Shown here piece after piece: positions 17,507 through 26,885 of a DNA stretch of 40,056 nt (positions are counted from its first letter, which is position 1; every line of letters starts with the position of its first letter). Origin of the DNA: Treponema sp. (lineage in GTDB: Bacteria; Spirochaetota; Spirochaetia; Treponematales; Breznakiellaceae); the NCBI GenBank assembly GCA_031288975.1, contig JAITQK010000066.1, forward strand, positions 1 to 40,056, in the 5' to 3' direction. Both the position numbers and the translations under genes were made by a program. Below the pieces are notes generated by a model, which had not been told where the DNA came from, ran no database searches, and saw only the letters and a list, made by a program, of their open reading frames with translations.

Positions 17507-18688
17507 ATGATACGGTTGTTGATTGTGGTTTTGTTTATCGTAACAGCGGCTTTTCCAGCACTTGCCGCTGATGGGCCGGTGCTTTCCGGTCTCTTGGATA
17601 CCATCGTGAACCTCGGCGCCGGCGCTGGGGAAGCAGATGACTTTTCTTATGGCATAGAAGAGGTGGCCAATCTACGGATGCAGACGAAAATCAAGGATAA
17701 GGGGGTGTTTTACGGGGCCTTCAACCTCATCGCTGTCTCCGGGACTGCCCTGGGGGGCATGAACGCTGGTACGTATCCAGGGCTATCCACCTCAGCCTTA
17801 GTAGCCGGTGAAAACTACGCCGCTGCCCTGGAACTGGAACGGCTCTATTTCCGGGTTACCGGTGAATACCTCGATGTGGATACCGGACTCATGCGCCTGG
17901 CCTTTGGTTATGGGCAGGTCTTCGGCTCCTCCGACTTCCTCAACCCCAGAAACCCCCTGTTCCCCGACGCCCGGCCACGGGGGATCCTGGGAAGCGCCGT
18001 TTCGGTCTATCCTACGGATACGGCCAAGGTACTTGCCTTTGCCACGGCCCCGAAAAATCCCTTCAACAGCAACGGTAACGGGTTCCTGTTCGGGCTTTCC
18101 GGGGACAAGCATTGGGATAAGGTGAGCCTGCAGGTCCTCTATGCCTTTGAGACACCCCAGGAAGCTTCCTCCTTTGGGATTCACCGGGGAGGACTGTCCC
18201 TGAAGGCGGACGTTGAAGTGGGGCTTGTGGCGGATATGCTCTACACCTACAACCACGAAACCACCGAGGGCATTGACGGGCTTTCTGTTGGTGCGGGGTT
18301 TGACTACTCCTTTTACGACGGGAATTTTTATGTGCTTGCGGAATACCTGTTTAACGGTTCCACCTCAGCCACTGCCCGGAGCGCCGGCAATCCAACCGGG
18401 TTTGCCAACCAGCATTACCTCTACGCCATGCTTCGCTACGCTTTTAACGACTATACCAGTACAAGCCTTGCCTGTATCGTCTCTTTTGAGGATATTTCCT
18501 TTGCCCCTATCCTCAGTGTGGAACACGAGCTGTTTCAGGGCCTGACCCTGAGTTTCTCAGGCCGGCTGCCCCTGGACCGGGACGTATTTTCCGGGAATGG
18601 CGAGTGGGGAGAGCTAGGCCCGATTCCACCAGGCGTGGAAGCCGGGACCCGTTTTCTGTTTACCGCCAAGGCGCGGCTGCGGTTTTAG
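17507..18688 (+). CDS. Predicted outer-membrane beta-barrel protein (signal peptide, C-terminal Phe)
   Basis: 'MIRLLIVVLFIVTAAFPALA' signal peptide. Alternating aromatic/hydrophobic strands. C-terminal '...FLFTAKARLRF' ends in Phe, as OMP beta-barrels do. Confidence 0.6.
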   Translation: MIRLLIVVLFIVTAAFPALAADGPVLSGLLDTIVNLGAGAGEADDFSYGIEEVANLRMQTKIKDKGVFYGAFNLIAVSGTALGGMNAGTYPGLSTSALVAGENYAAALELERLYFRVTGEYLDVDTGLMRLAFGYGQVFGSSDFLNPRNPLFPDARPRGILGSAVSVYPTDTAKVLAFATAPKNPFNSNGNGFLFGLSGDKHWDKVSLQVLYAFETPQEASSFGIHRGGLSLKADVEVGLVADMLYTYNHETTEGIDGLSVGAGFDYSFYDGNFYVLAEYLFNGSTSATARSAGNPTGFANQHYLYAMLRYAFNDYTSTSLACIVSFEDISFAPILSVEHELFQGLTLSFSGRLPLDRDVFSGNGEWGELGPIPPGVEAGTRFLFTAKARLRF

Positions 18689-18924
18689 AGGTTTGAGGAT
18701 GGGCCAATAAATGTACCTGATGTTTATTGCTTTGTGTAAGGTCTCCTGTCAAAGGTTTTGAAAGAAGCTCGCTTGCAAAAAAAAGTATGTTCTGAATTGA
18801 AGTTAATCGTAATACCGCTTAACATGGTGTAAAATCTTGTTTAATAGTCAAGCTCTTTCAAAAGAGGCTCAAGAGTTAGTAGTTTGTTTCAAATGAATAT
18901 AGAAAATTAAGGAAGTATCCTTAA

Positions 18925-18958
18925 ATGTTGACTTTCTGTTCATGTTTGGTTATATTCA
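18925..18958 (+). promoter_or_regulatory. Sigma70-like promoter TTGACT-17-TATATT in an AT-rich spacer
   Basis: Read directly as 'TTGACTttctgttcatgtttggtTATATT'. It lies about 140 bp upstream of the IS-remnant ORF. Confidence 0.4.
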
Positions 18959-19094
18959 ACTTGAGAGTGGCAAATGCTCGAATTTATCCGTATTGTAACG
19001 CTCTGTAGGCACTGTATAGAGCAATACGTTTTAAAAAAAAATACACTAATAGAGTGTATTGTAAAGAATTTGCGACTCACAACTATTTAAATAT

Positions 19095-20096
19095 ATGATT
19101 AGATACAAGATTGCAGAGTTTGCGTTTCGTTTAGGGATTTTCGCTGCCACTGTTCGTCGTTGGGAGCGCGCAGGAAATTTACTATATGCAGCTATGCAGG
19201 CTTATGGTTACACACGTATACAAAACTTGAACCGAGCGCATAAGGTTGAGTTTATACTCAACAACGAACAGCGCACGCTTCTCAACAAACACTTTGGTTC
19301 AGCTCTTAACGCTCACGTTACCTCTTGTGAAGTAATCCGCCACTTTGGTACCTCTTTTAAATCGTTCTTCACAGGAAAGACCAAGCACCCCCGCTTTCAC
19401 ACTAAAAAATCCGGTGTCGAAGACAATCGCTCTGTTGAGAACCAAGACGAGGTGATTGGCATAGACCTTGGGATAAAAGAAATGGCTACTTGTTCGGATG
19501 GACCTGTGATAGAAAATCCCAGAATAAGTAATCGATTTGCTTCTCAACTTCGCCGCTATAATAAACGCCTTGCACAGCGTACACAGGGTTCACACCGTTG
19601 GTGGAGGACCGTATATGCCCTGCGAGAGCTACATTATAGCATCGCCTGTTGCCGTAACGGCTACATCCATAAGTTCACTCCTGCTTTCACCGGACAATAC
19701 GGTGTTATAGGTTCAGAGGACTTGAACGTACAAGGCATGGCTCAAAACCATCACCTTGCTCGTTCAATCTTGGATGTATCTTTTTACGAGATTGGTAGGC
19801 AGTTGAGTTACAAAGCAAAAGAACTGCGTTTGGTTGGGCATTTCGCTCCATCTTCAAAGACGTGCAGTTCCTGTGGTCATGTTAAGCATGATTTAACACT
19901 CAAGGATCGTATTTACGTCTGTCCTGATTGTGGCCTAGCAATAGACCGTGATTTGAACGGGGCGATAAATATTTCCCGGTGGGCTACACCGGTTCCGGAC
20001 GTGGACAAGAAAGCTCTGGTCTGTGATACGATTAGCGTCGTATCACGTGGGAAACTATGCTTGGATGAAGCGTCAAGTGGACTTCAATGTGCGTAA
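19095..20096 (+). mobile_element. tnpB: IS607/IS605-family remnant: a single ORF in which an IS607 TnpA MerR-type HTH N-terminus is fused in frame to a shortened TnpB (OrfB) with intact RuvC-I/II/III and zinc-finger motifs
   Basis: 'KIAEFAFRLGIFAATVRRWERAGNL...GYTRI' resembles the MerR HTH and GHRRY box of IS607 serine-recombinase TnpA. TnpB N-terminal motif 'VEFILNNEQRTLLNKHFG'. RuvC-I 'IGIDLGIK'. RuvC-II 'GSEDLNVQGM'. Zn finger 'CSSCGHV...CPDCG'. RuvC-III 'DRDLNGAINI'. The sequence is AT-rich relative to its neighbours. The TnpA catalytic domain and part of the TnpB middle are missing. Confidence 0.75.
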
Positions 20097-20130
20097 GCAG
20101 ATTGGTATAAGTTCCACATAGCAGGTAAAA

Positions 20131-22332
20131 ATGAAACTCAAATTCAAGTTGAGCATTATTGTTATCATGATTCTGGTGGCTGTTGTGGGTGGACTGTCCA
20201 CCCTGATCCTTACCCAAGCGGCATCAATGGTCTTGAACCTTTCAAGAGCAAGTATGGTTCGTCTCACGGAGAAGGAGGCTGCGTATCTCCAGGGCCGAGA
20301 AGAGGGCTACCTCCGGGTGGCCCATGTGATGGCAGGCTTTATGGGCAACTTTGAACTGATCGAACCGGAGCAGCGGCGGGACCAGTTTGACCAGTTCATG
20401 CAAGCCACCCTGTCCTCGGAGCCGAACCTGGTGGGGATATTCGCGATCTTCAAGCCCAATGCCCTGGACGGTTTGGACGCCCAGTACCGGGGAGCACCGG
20501 GTTCGACTGCCGAAGGGATCTATGCTCCCTTGTTTTCCCGGACTTCCGGGCAGGTAGAACGCCAGACCTACGATGCTGTTCCCACCGCCCTGGAATTGAT
20601 CAATGGGCCTAATAACCGGCAGTCGGTCATAAGGGACCCAGTACCCCAGGTGGTGAAGGGCAAGAATACCTATACGATCCGCTTTGGCGTACCAATAATC
20701 AACAACAGCAATAATCAGGTAATTGGTTTGGCGGGGATCAATCTTCAGATCGATGCCATGCAGCCCCTTATTGAGAAAACCCTCAGAGAAAATAAGGACA
20801 TCAGCACTATGGCGGTTTATGCCGGTGACGGTACCATCATCGGCAGTTATAAGGCGGACCGGGTAGGCAAAAATGTCCGGCAAGCGGACGCCAGACTCTA
20901 CGAACACTACCTTGACAAAGCGGTTGACACGATAATGGCGCCTGATAAAACCACTCAATTACAGGTATATTCGGATGACCTGAAAACCAACCTGGAGCTA
21001 GTTCTGGTATCCTTTCCCATAGCAGAGGCTGGCTCCTGGACCGTCATGATTGGCACCCCGGAGAATGTAATCCTTCAAAATGTCCATAATTTAACCCGTA
21101 TTGTTATAATTATCTCGGTACTTATGGCTGTTGTGGTAGCGGGAATCATTTCCTTCGTCCTCAGTTCCACCGTCAAACCCATTATCAATGTGGTGGAGAC
21201 CTTAAAGGACATTTCCGAAGGAGAAGGGGACCTGACCAGAACCGTGGATGTCCATTCCCAGGATGAAATAGGCGATTTGGCCCGGTACTTCAACAAAACG
21301 CTGGCGAAGATCAAAAATCTGGTTGTTACCATTAAACATCAGGCAGTGGCCCTCTTTGACATCGGCAACGAGCTTGTTAGCAACATGACTGAAACCGCCA
21401 CAGTCATCCATGAGATCACCACCCATATCCAGAATATCAAGGGCCGGGTCATCAACCAGAGCGCATCGGTGACCGAGACCAACGCCACTATGGAGCAGAT
21501 AACCGGCAATATCGACAAGCTCAACGACCATATTGAAAACCAGACCTCCAGCGTGTCCAAGTCTTCCAGCGCTATCGAAGAGATGATCGCCAACATTAAT
21601 GCGGTCACCCAGACCCTGGTCAGGAACGCCCAGAGCGTCCAGGACCTTCTGGAATCCAGCGATGTGGGCCGTACGGGCCTTCAGGAAGTGGCGACCGACA
21701 TTCAGGAAATCGCCCGTGAATCCGAAGGACTTTTGGAAATCAACGCGGTGATGGAAAATATCGCGAGCCAAACCAATCTGCTTTCGATGAACGCCGCCAT
21801 TGAGGCTGCCCACGCCGGAGAAGCTGGGAAAGGCTTTGCCGTAGTAGCCGACGAAATTCGCAAACTCGCAGAAAATTCCAGTGAGCAGAGCAAGACTATC
21901 AGTACGGTACTGAAGAAGATCAAAGAATCTATCGATAAGATCATCAAATCTACCGATGCGGTACTGAACAAGTTTGAAGCCATTGACGGCGGAGTAAAGA
22001 TGGTTTCCGAACAGACGGAGAATATTCGTAACGCCATGGAAGAACAGAGCGTGGGTAGTAAACAGATTCTGGAAGTTATGGGCCAGCTCAGCCAAATCAC
22101 CCAGATGGTCAAGGGAGGTTCCGAAGAGATGCTTGAAGGCAGTAAAGAGGTTATTCTGGAAGCGAAGAACCTGGAAATGGCGACCCAGGAGATCACCAAC
22201 GGGATGAACGAAATGGCGACCGGCGCGGACCAGATGAATATCGCGGTCAAGCGGGTGAACGAGATCTGCGGTGAGAACAAGGAAAGCATCAATGTCCTGG
22301 TCAAGGAAGTTTCCCGGTTTAAGGTCGAATGA
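20131..22332 (+). CDS. Methyl-accepting chemotaxis protein (TM, periplasmic dCache_1-like domain, TM, HAMP, MCP signalling domain)
   Basis: N-terminal TM '[20 protein letters not shown]', second TM '[21 protein letters not shown]', HAMP '[31 protein letters not shown]', and the highly conserved '[32 protein letters not shown]'. Confidence 0.9.
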   Translation: MKLKFKLSIIVIMILVAVVGGLSTLILTQAASMVLNLSRASMVRLTEKEAAYLQGREEGYLRVAHVMAGFMGNFELIEPEQRRDQFDQFMQATLSSEPNLVGIFAIFKPNALDGLDAQYRGAPGSTAEGIYAPLFSRTSGQVERQTYDAVPTALELINGPNNRQSVIRDPVPQVVKGKNTYTIRFGVPIINNSNNQVIGLAGINLQIDAMQPLIEKTLRENKDISTMAVYAGDGTIIGSYKADRVGKNVRQADARLYEHYLDKAVDTIMAPDKTTQLQVYSDDLKTNLELVLVSFPIAEAGSWTVMIGTPENVILQNVHNLTRIVIIISVLMAVVVAGIISFVLSSTVKPIINVVETLKDISEGEGDLTRTVDVHSQDEIGDLARYFNKTLAKIKNLVVTIKHQAVALFDIGNELVSNMTETATVIHEITTHIQNIKGRVINQSASVTETNATMEQITGNIDKLNDHIENQTSSVSKSSSAIEEMIANINAVTQTLVRNAQSVQDLLESSDVGRTGLQEVATDIQEIARESEGLLEINAVMENIASQTNLLSMNAAIEAAHAGEAGKGFAVVADEIRKLAENSSEQSKTISTVLKKIKESIDKIIKSTDAVLNKFEAIDGGVKMVSEQTENIRNAMEEQSVGSKQILEVMGQLSQITQMVKGGSEEMLEGSKEVILEAKNLEMATQEITNGMNEMATGADQMNIAVKRVNEICGENKESINVLVKEVSRFKVE

Positions 22333-22432
22333 AACCAGGGCCTCTAACCAAAAAAGGGTGCTTTTTCCCGTTCCTGGTCTAGACTATCCACCCAGGAAAT
22401 CGGTATACTATGCTTAATTGGAGGGTTATCGA

Positions 22433-22807
22433 ATGGCTGAAAACAATCAGGGACCCGCTACCGATGATGGAGTTATCTATGTAAATCAGGCGGAAGGTTT
22501 GCAGCGGGTACTGAATAACATGAAGCTGTATGTAAAATTATTAACAAAGTTTAAGGTGGATATTAATCTCAATGAACTTATTACCCTGGTACAAGTGGAG
22601 GATTATGAGAATGCCCAGGTTAAAGCCCATACCATCAAGGGGATTGCCGCGAATTTGTCATTAATCGAGCTTTTTAAGCAGACCAGGGCATTGGAAGAGC
22701 AGATTAAAAATAAAGCGGCGATTGAGGAGGCAGTATTGGAAACCTTGCAGGCATGTTATCGTGAAACTATCAGAAGTATTGATACCCTCATAGCGCACCA
22801 TGGCTGA
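22433..22807 (+). CDS. Hpt (histidine phosphotransfer) domain protein
   Basis: 'AHTIKGIAANLSL' matches the HxxKG Hpt signature. Start trimmed to the ATG at 22433 (GGAGGG RBS). Confidence 0.65.
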   Translation: MAENNQGPATDDGVIYVNQAEGLQRVLNNMKLYVKLLTKFKVDINLNELITLVQVEDYENAQVKAHTIKGIAANLSLIELFKQTRALEEQIKNKAAIEEAVLETLQACYRETIRSIDTLIAHHG

Positions 22808-23861
22808 TGGTAACAATGCAATCCCCATAGTCCTGGTGGTTGATGATATGGCCATAAATAGTATGATCCTCGCAGAAATATTGAAGGATGATTATACTAT
22901 TATTACCGCTGAGAATGGGGTGGAAGCCCTGGGAATCTTGCATAACGCCGAGGTGCTTCCCAAGATCATCCTCCTTGATGTGTTCATGCCCGAAATGAAC
23001 GGGTACGAGATGCTTGCAATCATGAAGGCCGATAAGGTACTCAGTCGTATTCCGGTCATTTTTATTACCACCTCGGATTCGGAAAGCGAGGCCTTAGCCG
23101 CCGGGGCGGTGGATTTTATTTCCAAGCCCTTCCTGCCGGACATCGTAAAGCTCCGGGTACGGAATCAGATCAAGTTAAAGAATTACAGCGACAGCCTGGA
23201 AGCAATGGTAGCCGAAAAAGCCGCTGAAATCACCTCAAATTTAGATAATATGCTCCAAACCATGGCAAACATCATAGAATACCGCAATCTTGAATCTGGA
23301 AGCCATGTAAAGCGGACCCAGTTTTTCTCAAAGGCCCTGATTGACTATCTGCTGAAATCCTCCTCGGTCTATGCAGAGGAACTCCGCTGCCTTGAACCGG
23401 ATATCATCGTCAAATCCATGGCCCTCCACGATGTCGGGAAAATCGGTATTCCCGATAAGATACTCTTAAAGCCGGGTAAGCTTGACCACGATGAATTTGA
23501 GATCATGAAGACCCATACAACCATCGGTAAAAATATTATCGAATCCACGTTAACCCACAGCGATACCCTCTACTTAAAACATTGCCGGGATATTTGTTAC
23601 TGCCACCATGAACGGTTCGACGGAAAGGGGTATCCCCAGGGACTGTCCGGTTCCGATATACCCCTTTCCGCCCGGATAGCCTCCCTCGCCGACGTATACG
23701 ACGCCCTGGTATGTACCCGGGTGTATAAGCCGGCATTCTCATATAACGAAACCGTCAAGATAATCCACGAAGGCCGGGGAACCATGTTTGATCCCATCCT
23801 CACCGATGCCGTCCTTATAATCCAGGACACCTTTGAGGCAATATCCCGGCAAAACACATAA
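22800..23861 (+). CDS. Response regulator with a receiver domain and an HD-GYP c-di-GMP phosphodiesterase domain
   Basis: REC: 'IVLVVDD...LLDVFMPEMNGYEMLA...PVIFITT'. HD-GYP: 'HDVGKIGIPDKILLKPGKL' and 'HHERFDGKGYPQGL'. Overlaps the Hpt gene by 8 nt. Confidence 0.85.
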   Translation: MADGNNAIPIVLVVDDMAINSMILAEILKDDYTIITAENGVEALGILHNAEVLPKIILLDVFMPEMNGYEMLAIMKADKVLSRIPVIFITTSDSESEALAAGAVDFISKPFLPDIVKLRVRNQIKLKNYSDSLEAMVAEKAAEITSNLDNMLQTMANIIEYRNLESGSHVKRTQFFSKALIDYLLKSSSVYAEELRCLEPDIIVKSMALHDVGKIGIPDKILLKPGKLDHDEFEIMKTHTTIGKNIIESTLTHSDTLYLKHCRDICYCHHERFDGKGYPQGLSGSDIPLSARIASLADVYDALVCTRVYKPAFSYNETVKIIHEGRGTMFDPILTDAVLIIQDTFEAISRQNT

Positions 23862-23873
23862 CCATTCACTACG

Positions 23874-24221
23874 TTGGAGGTGGCGGGAGTCGAACCCGCG
23901 TCCTAATACGCGAAATACACGCCTCTACAGGTTTATCCGTACATTACATTGTCGGGACGGGCTTAACTGCACGGCATGTGGCCCATCCGTATTCCGGAGT
24001 TGTCTCGTCGCCCCCCGTCCGGAAACAGAGCTTGACCAGCCTTGATTGCGACGGAAATTCGGCTCCTCAAGGCGGCGGAGCCGGTTCCCGCGCTCTACTG
24101 CTTACGCAGCGAGAGCGTAACTGTCATAGTCGGCAGTTAAATTGTTGCCGAATGTTAGGAGATCGGCACTCCACCTGCAGCCTGCACCCCGAATCGTACC
24201 AGTCGAAACCGGTGCACCCCC
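23874..24221 (-). ncRNA. ssrA: tmRNA (ssrA), ~348 nt
   Basis: Minus strand 5' 'GGGGGTGCACCGGTTTCGACTGG...' and 3' tRNA-like '...GGACGCGGGTTCGACTCCCGCCACCTCCA'. The acceptor stem GGGGGTG/CACCTCC pairs. Internal tag ORF '...GCC GAC TAT GAC AGT TAC GCT CTC GCT GCG TAA' reads (GNNLT)ADYDSYALAA*, ending in the canonical ALAA. CCA is not encoded. Confidence 0.85.
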
Positions 24222-24348
24222 GAATGCGCTTTATTATGCAGTATATTCTGATGAACCGACTTGGTCAATAGGGTCTAATGCTCAAAAATAATGGAAAAAT
24301 GGGAAAATTGCCTTGATTTCTCATTCCAAGAACAATAGGGTTATAGAT

Positions 24349-25341
24349 ATGGTTCTTTCAATACCGACCATGCCTGCAATCCCCCAAAAAACATCAGCTT
24401 TGATTGTTCTCAAAGAACATGAAATACGCCTGATTGATGAGATTGCGGCATATCTTGATACGAAATTCCCCGAAGAAAGCGACCTCGTACGGAAACGGTT
24501 TCAGTGCCTGCAGCAGATGGGAGACGCGATTTCCCACTATCCTTTGGTACGGGAAACCCAAATTATGCAGGGGAAACAACAAGGGGAGGAACGTCTGATT
24601 GCGTCCCTCTGCGAGCCGGCCTCCGCTTCCCCCCTGCTCCCCAGGGTTGTGGCGGTCCGCAGCTTCCTGGTGGCCAAATTTCACGCCTTTTCCCTGGTTT
24701 CCATGCTGGTCCAGGATATCCATGAGTTCCATACACCGCTGCACCGCATTATCTTTACCCTTATTTGTACCCTTATCGTCGAGGAGGTCTATATTTCCTG
24801 CCTGGGGGACCCGCTCTTTTCCCATGATACCAAGATACGGCTCGCCAATGACCTGATTTCCCTCTGGGATAGCGGCCAGGACTCCCCGATCATCCACCAT
24901 TTCCCGGCCCTGGAGTCCCTCTGGATAGCCCGGGACACGGCGCCCCCCAGTTTTGGAACCATGGACGGCACCAGTGAATTGTTCCGCATTTCAATGGATC
25001 TAGGGCAGGATTGGCAGGAATTTCTGGTAGCCAAGATCAATCATAATGAAACCCGATGGGCCTTGGAAGAATTTCTGTTCGGCCTTTCCTATGAAGATAT
25101 CCTCAATGTACGTTCCCAACTGGCCCGCTTTGGCATCTCCGCCGTGGGGTATGATGAGGTCCGCTCCTTCCTGGAGAACCAGCCCGCCTATGGGATGATA
25201 AGCAGCACGAACCCCCGGACCATTTATGATTTTTATGTTAATCGCCGGGACGCCGCCCAGTTCCGTAAACAGAGCGCAGCTCCAGGGCCTCAGCAAACCC
25301 TGGAAGCAATTTACCTTAAATACCGCCTCACCCTGGAGTAG
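24349..25341 (+). CDS. Hypothetical protein
   Basis: Long ORF with no recognisable motifs. The start is uncertain: ATG at 24349 (weak RBS), alternatives at 24313 (TTG) and 24370. Confidence 0.45.
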   Translation: MVLSIPTMPAIPQKTSALIVLKEHEIRLIDEIAAYLDTKFPEESDLVRKRFQCLQQMGDAISHYPLVRETQIMQGKQQGEERLIASLCEPASASPLLPRVVAVRSFLVAKFHAFSLVSMLVQDIHEFHTPLHRIIFTLICTLIVEEVYISCLGDPLFSHDTKIRLANDLISLWDSGQDSPIIHHFPALESLWIARDTAPPSFGTMDGTSELFRISMDLGQDWQEFLVAKINHNETRWALEEFLFGLSYEDILNVRSQLARFGISAVGYDEVRSFLENQPAYGMISSTNPRTIYDFYVNRRDAAQFRKQSAAPGPQQTLEAIYLKYRLTLE

Positions 25342-25362
25342 GAATAAGGGACCGCAAGCCCT

Positions 25363-25848
25363 CTATTGATGTGCATACTCCTCGATCTCATTGTGGATAT
25401 ATTCAAGGATGATGCCAGCTTTTTCAAGCATGGCCTCTGAATCACCGGCGACATGGTAACGCCGCTGGCAAACCACCCGGACAATGCCGCAGTTAATGAT
25501 GAGCATGGCACAGGTCCTGCACGGGGTCATCCGGCAGTACAAGGTGGCCCCTGCTATGGCAATGCCCCGTTTCGCCGCCTGGCAGAGGGCGTTTTGTTCT
25601 GCATGGACCGTGCGCACGCAATGGGTGGTAATACTCCCATCCTCATGGAGCATTTTTTTAAGCTGATGTCCCACTTCGTCGCAATGGGGCAGTCCTGCAG
25701 GAGCACCCACATAGCCGGTTACGAGAATCTGATTGTCCTTGGCAATGACGCAGCCCGAACGCCCCCGGTCGCAGGTCGCCCGTTTAGAAATGGCATCGCA
25801 GACCTCCATAAAATATTCATCCCAGCTTGGTCTTGTGTACCCCGCCAT
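25363..25848 (-). CDS. comEB: dCMP (deoxycytidylate) deaminase, ComEB family
   Basis: Cytidine/dCMP deaminase zinc motifs 'VHAEQNAL' and 'PCRTCA'. Size 161 aa. Confidence 0.85.
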   Translation of the reverse strand: MAGYTRPSWDEYFMEVCDAISKRATCDRGRSGCVIAKDNQILVTGYVGAPAGLPHCDEVGHQLKKMLHEDGSITTHCVRTVHAEQNALCQAAKRGIAIAGATLYCRMTPCRTCAMLIINCGIVRVVCQRRYHVAGDSEAMLEKAGIILEYIHNEIEEYAHQ

Positions 25849-25882
25849 TATTCACTCCTCTCCCCTATTGTACCATAACTGC

Positions 25883-25894
25883 CTTGTATATACA
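25883..25894. promoter_or_regulatory. Perfect 12-bp palindrome TTGTATATACAA in the divergent comEB/pfkB intergenic region
   Basis: Read directly. It lies 18 bp upstream of the pfkB-like start. Confidence 0.35.
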
Positions 25895-25911
25895 ATATAA
25901 GCAGAATTGAT

Positions 25912-26859
25912 ATGCGTATATCCACCTTTCTTACGGTTTGTATGAACCCAACCCTGCAAAAAACCCTGCGCTTTTCCGCCCTGATACCGGATACGGTGAA
26001 CCGGACCGGCACCCATCAGGTGGATGCCTCTGGTAAAGGGGTGAATGTGAGCCGGGTTTTGACCCAACTGGGGAAACCCTGTCTCCACCTGACCCAGCTT
26101 GGCGGCACGCTGCGGCCCCTGTTTCTGGACCTCTGTAAACAGGATGGGGTGGCCCTTGAATGGGTAGAGAGCGGGAGTCCCATCCGTTTTTGTTATACCC
26201 TGATCAACGACGCGGATGCAAGCGTTACCGAACTGGTTGAGGAAGCCGAGCCCGTGGAGGGTGAAACCGAAGCGCGGATCCTCGAAGCCTATACGCGACT
26301 CCTCCCTGGGTATGAGGGGGTCATCATTTCCGGAACCATGGCCGCAGGCTTTTCCCCCTCCCTGATACCCTCCATGGTCCGCCAGGCAAAGGAAACAGGA
26401 CACGCCGTAATCCTCGACCTCCGGGGCAGGGACCTGGTAAACAGCCTTGCATTCAGCCCTGATATCATTAAACCCAACCTCTTTGAATTTGCCGGAACCT
26501 TTGCCCCAGAGCTTGTTATTGGTAACCGGCTTATCACGATGAATCTTGATGCTATAAAAAAACGTATCCAGGAACTATGCCTTGACCTGTGCGAAAAATA
26601 CCACTTCCGCATCGTCTTGACCAGGGGCAGCGATTCGGTGTGGTACGCCGAACCAGGTAATTTCGGGGAATATGCCTTTGAACGGGTCAAACCGGTCAAT
26701 ACCACCGGTTCCGGGGATGCCTTTACCGCAGGATTTGCCGCTGCCCTGGGGGAGGGAGCTGCGCTCCAGGACGCGATTGCCTGGGGGGGCCGCTGCGGGG
26801 GGCTTAACGCGGGGTTTCTCAAGGTCGGGACGATTAATTCGGGGGGTGATGCAAGGTGA
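25912..26859 (+). CDS. PfkB-family sugar kinase (1-phosphofructokinase / tagatose-6-P kinase-like)
   Basis: N-terminal 'TVCMNPTLQKT' (cf. TVTLNPxxD), 'DASGKGVNVSRVL', and C-terminal 'NTTGSGDAFTAGF' (DTxGAGD motif). Confidence 0.75.
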   Translation: MRISTFLTVCMNPTLQKTLRFSALIPDTVNRTGTHQVDASGKGVNVSRVLTQLGKPCLHLTQLGGTLRPLFLDLCKQDGVALEWVESGSPIRFCYTLINDADASVTELVEEAEPVEGETEARILEAYTRLLPGYEGVIISGTMAAGFSPSLIPSMVRQAKETGHAVILDLRGRDLVNSLAFSPDIIKPNLFEFAGTFAPELVIGNRLITMNLDAIKKRIQELCLDLCEKYHFRIVLTRGSDSVWYAEPGNFGEYAFERVKPVNTTGSGDAFTAGFAAALGEGAALQDAIAWGGRCGGLNAGFLKVGTINSGGDAR

Positions 26860-26885
26860 CGATCTGCGGATCGAGTATTAGGTGC

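Noticed and set aside
22333-22432. Intrinsic terminator after the MCP gene
   Set aside because: The hairpin is AT-rich or nested and is not followed by a clean U-run. It is mentioned only as a structured spacer in the findings.
23833-24271. Two small ORFs (70 and 97 aa) on the plus strand
   Set aside because: They lie over the tmRNA gene on the opposite strand. The region is explained by ssrA.
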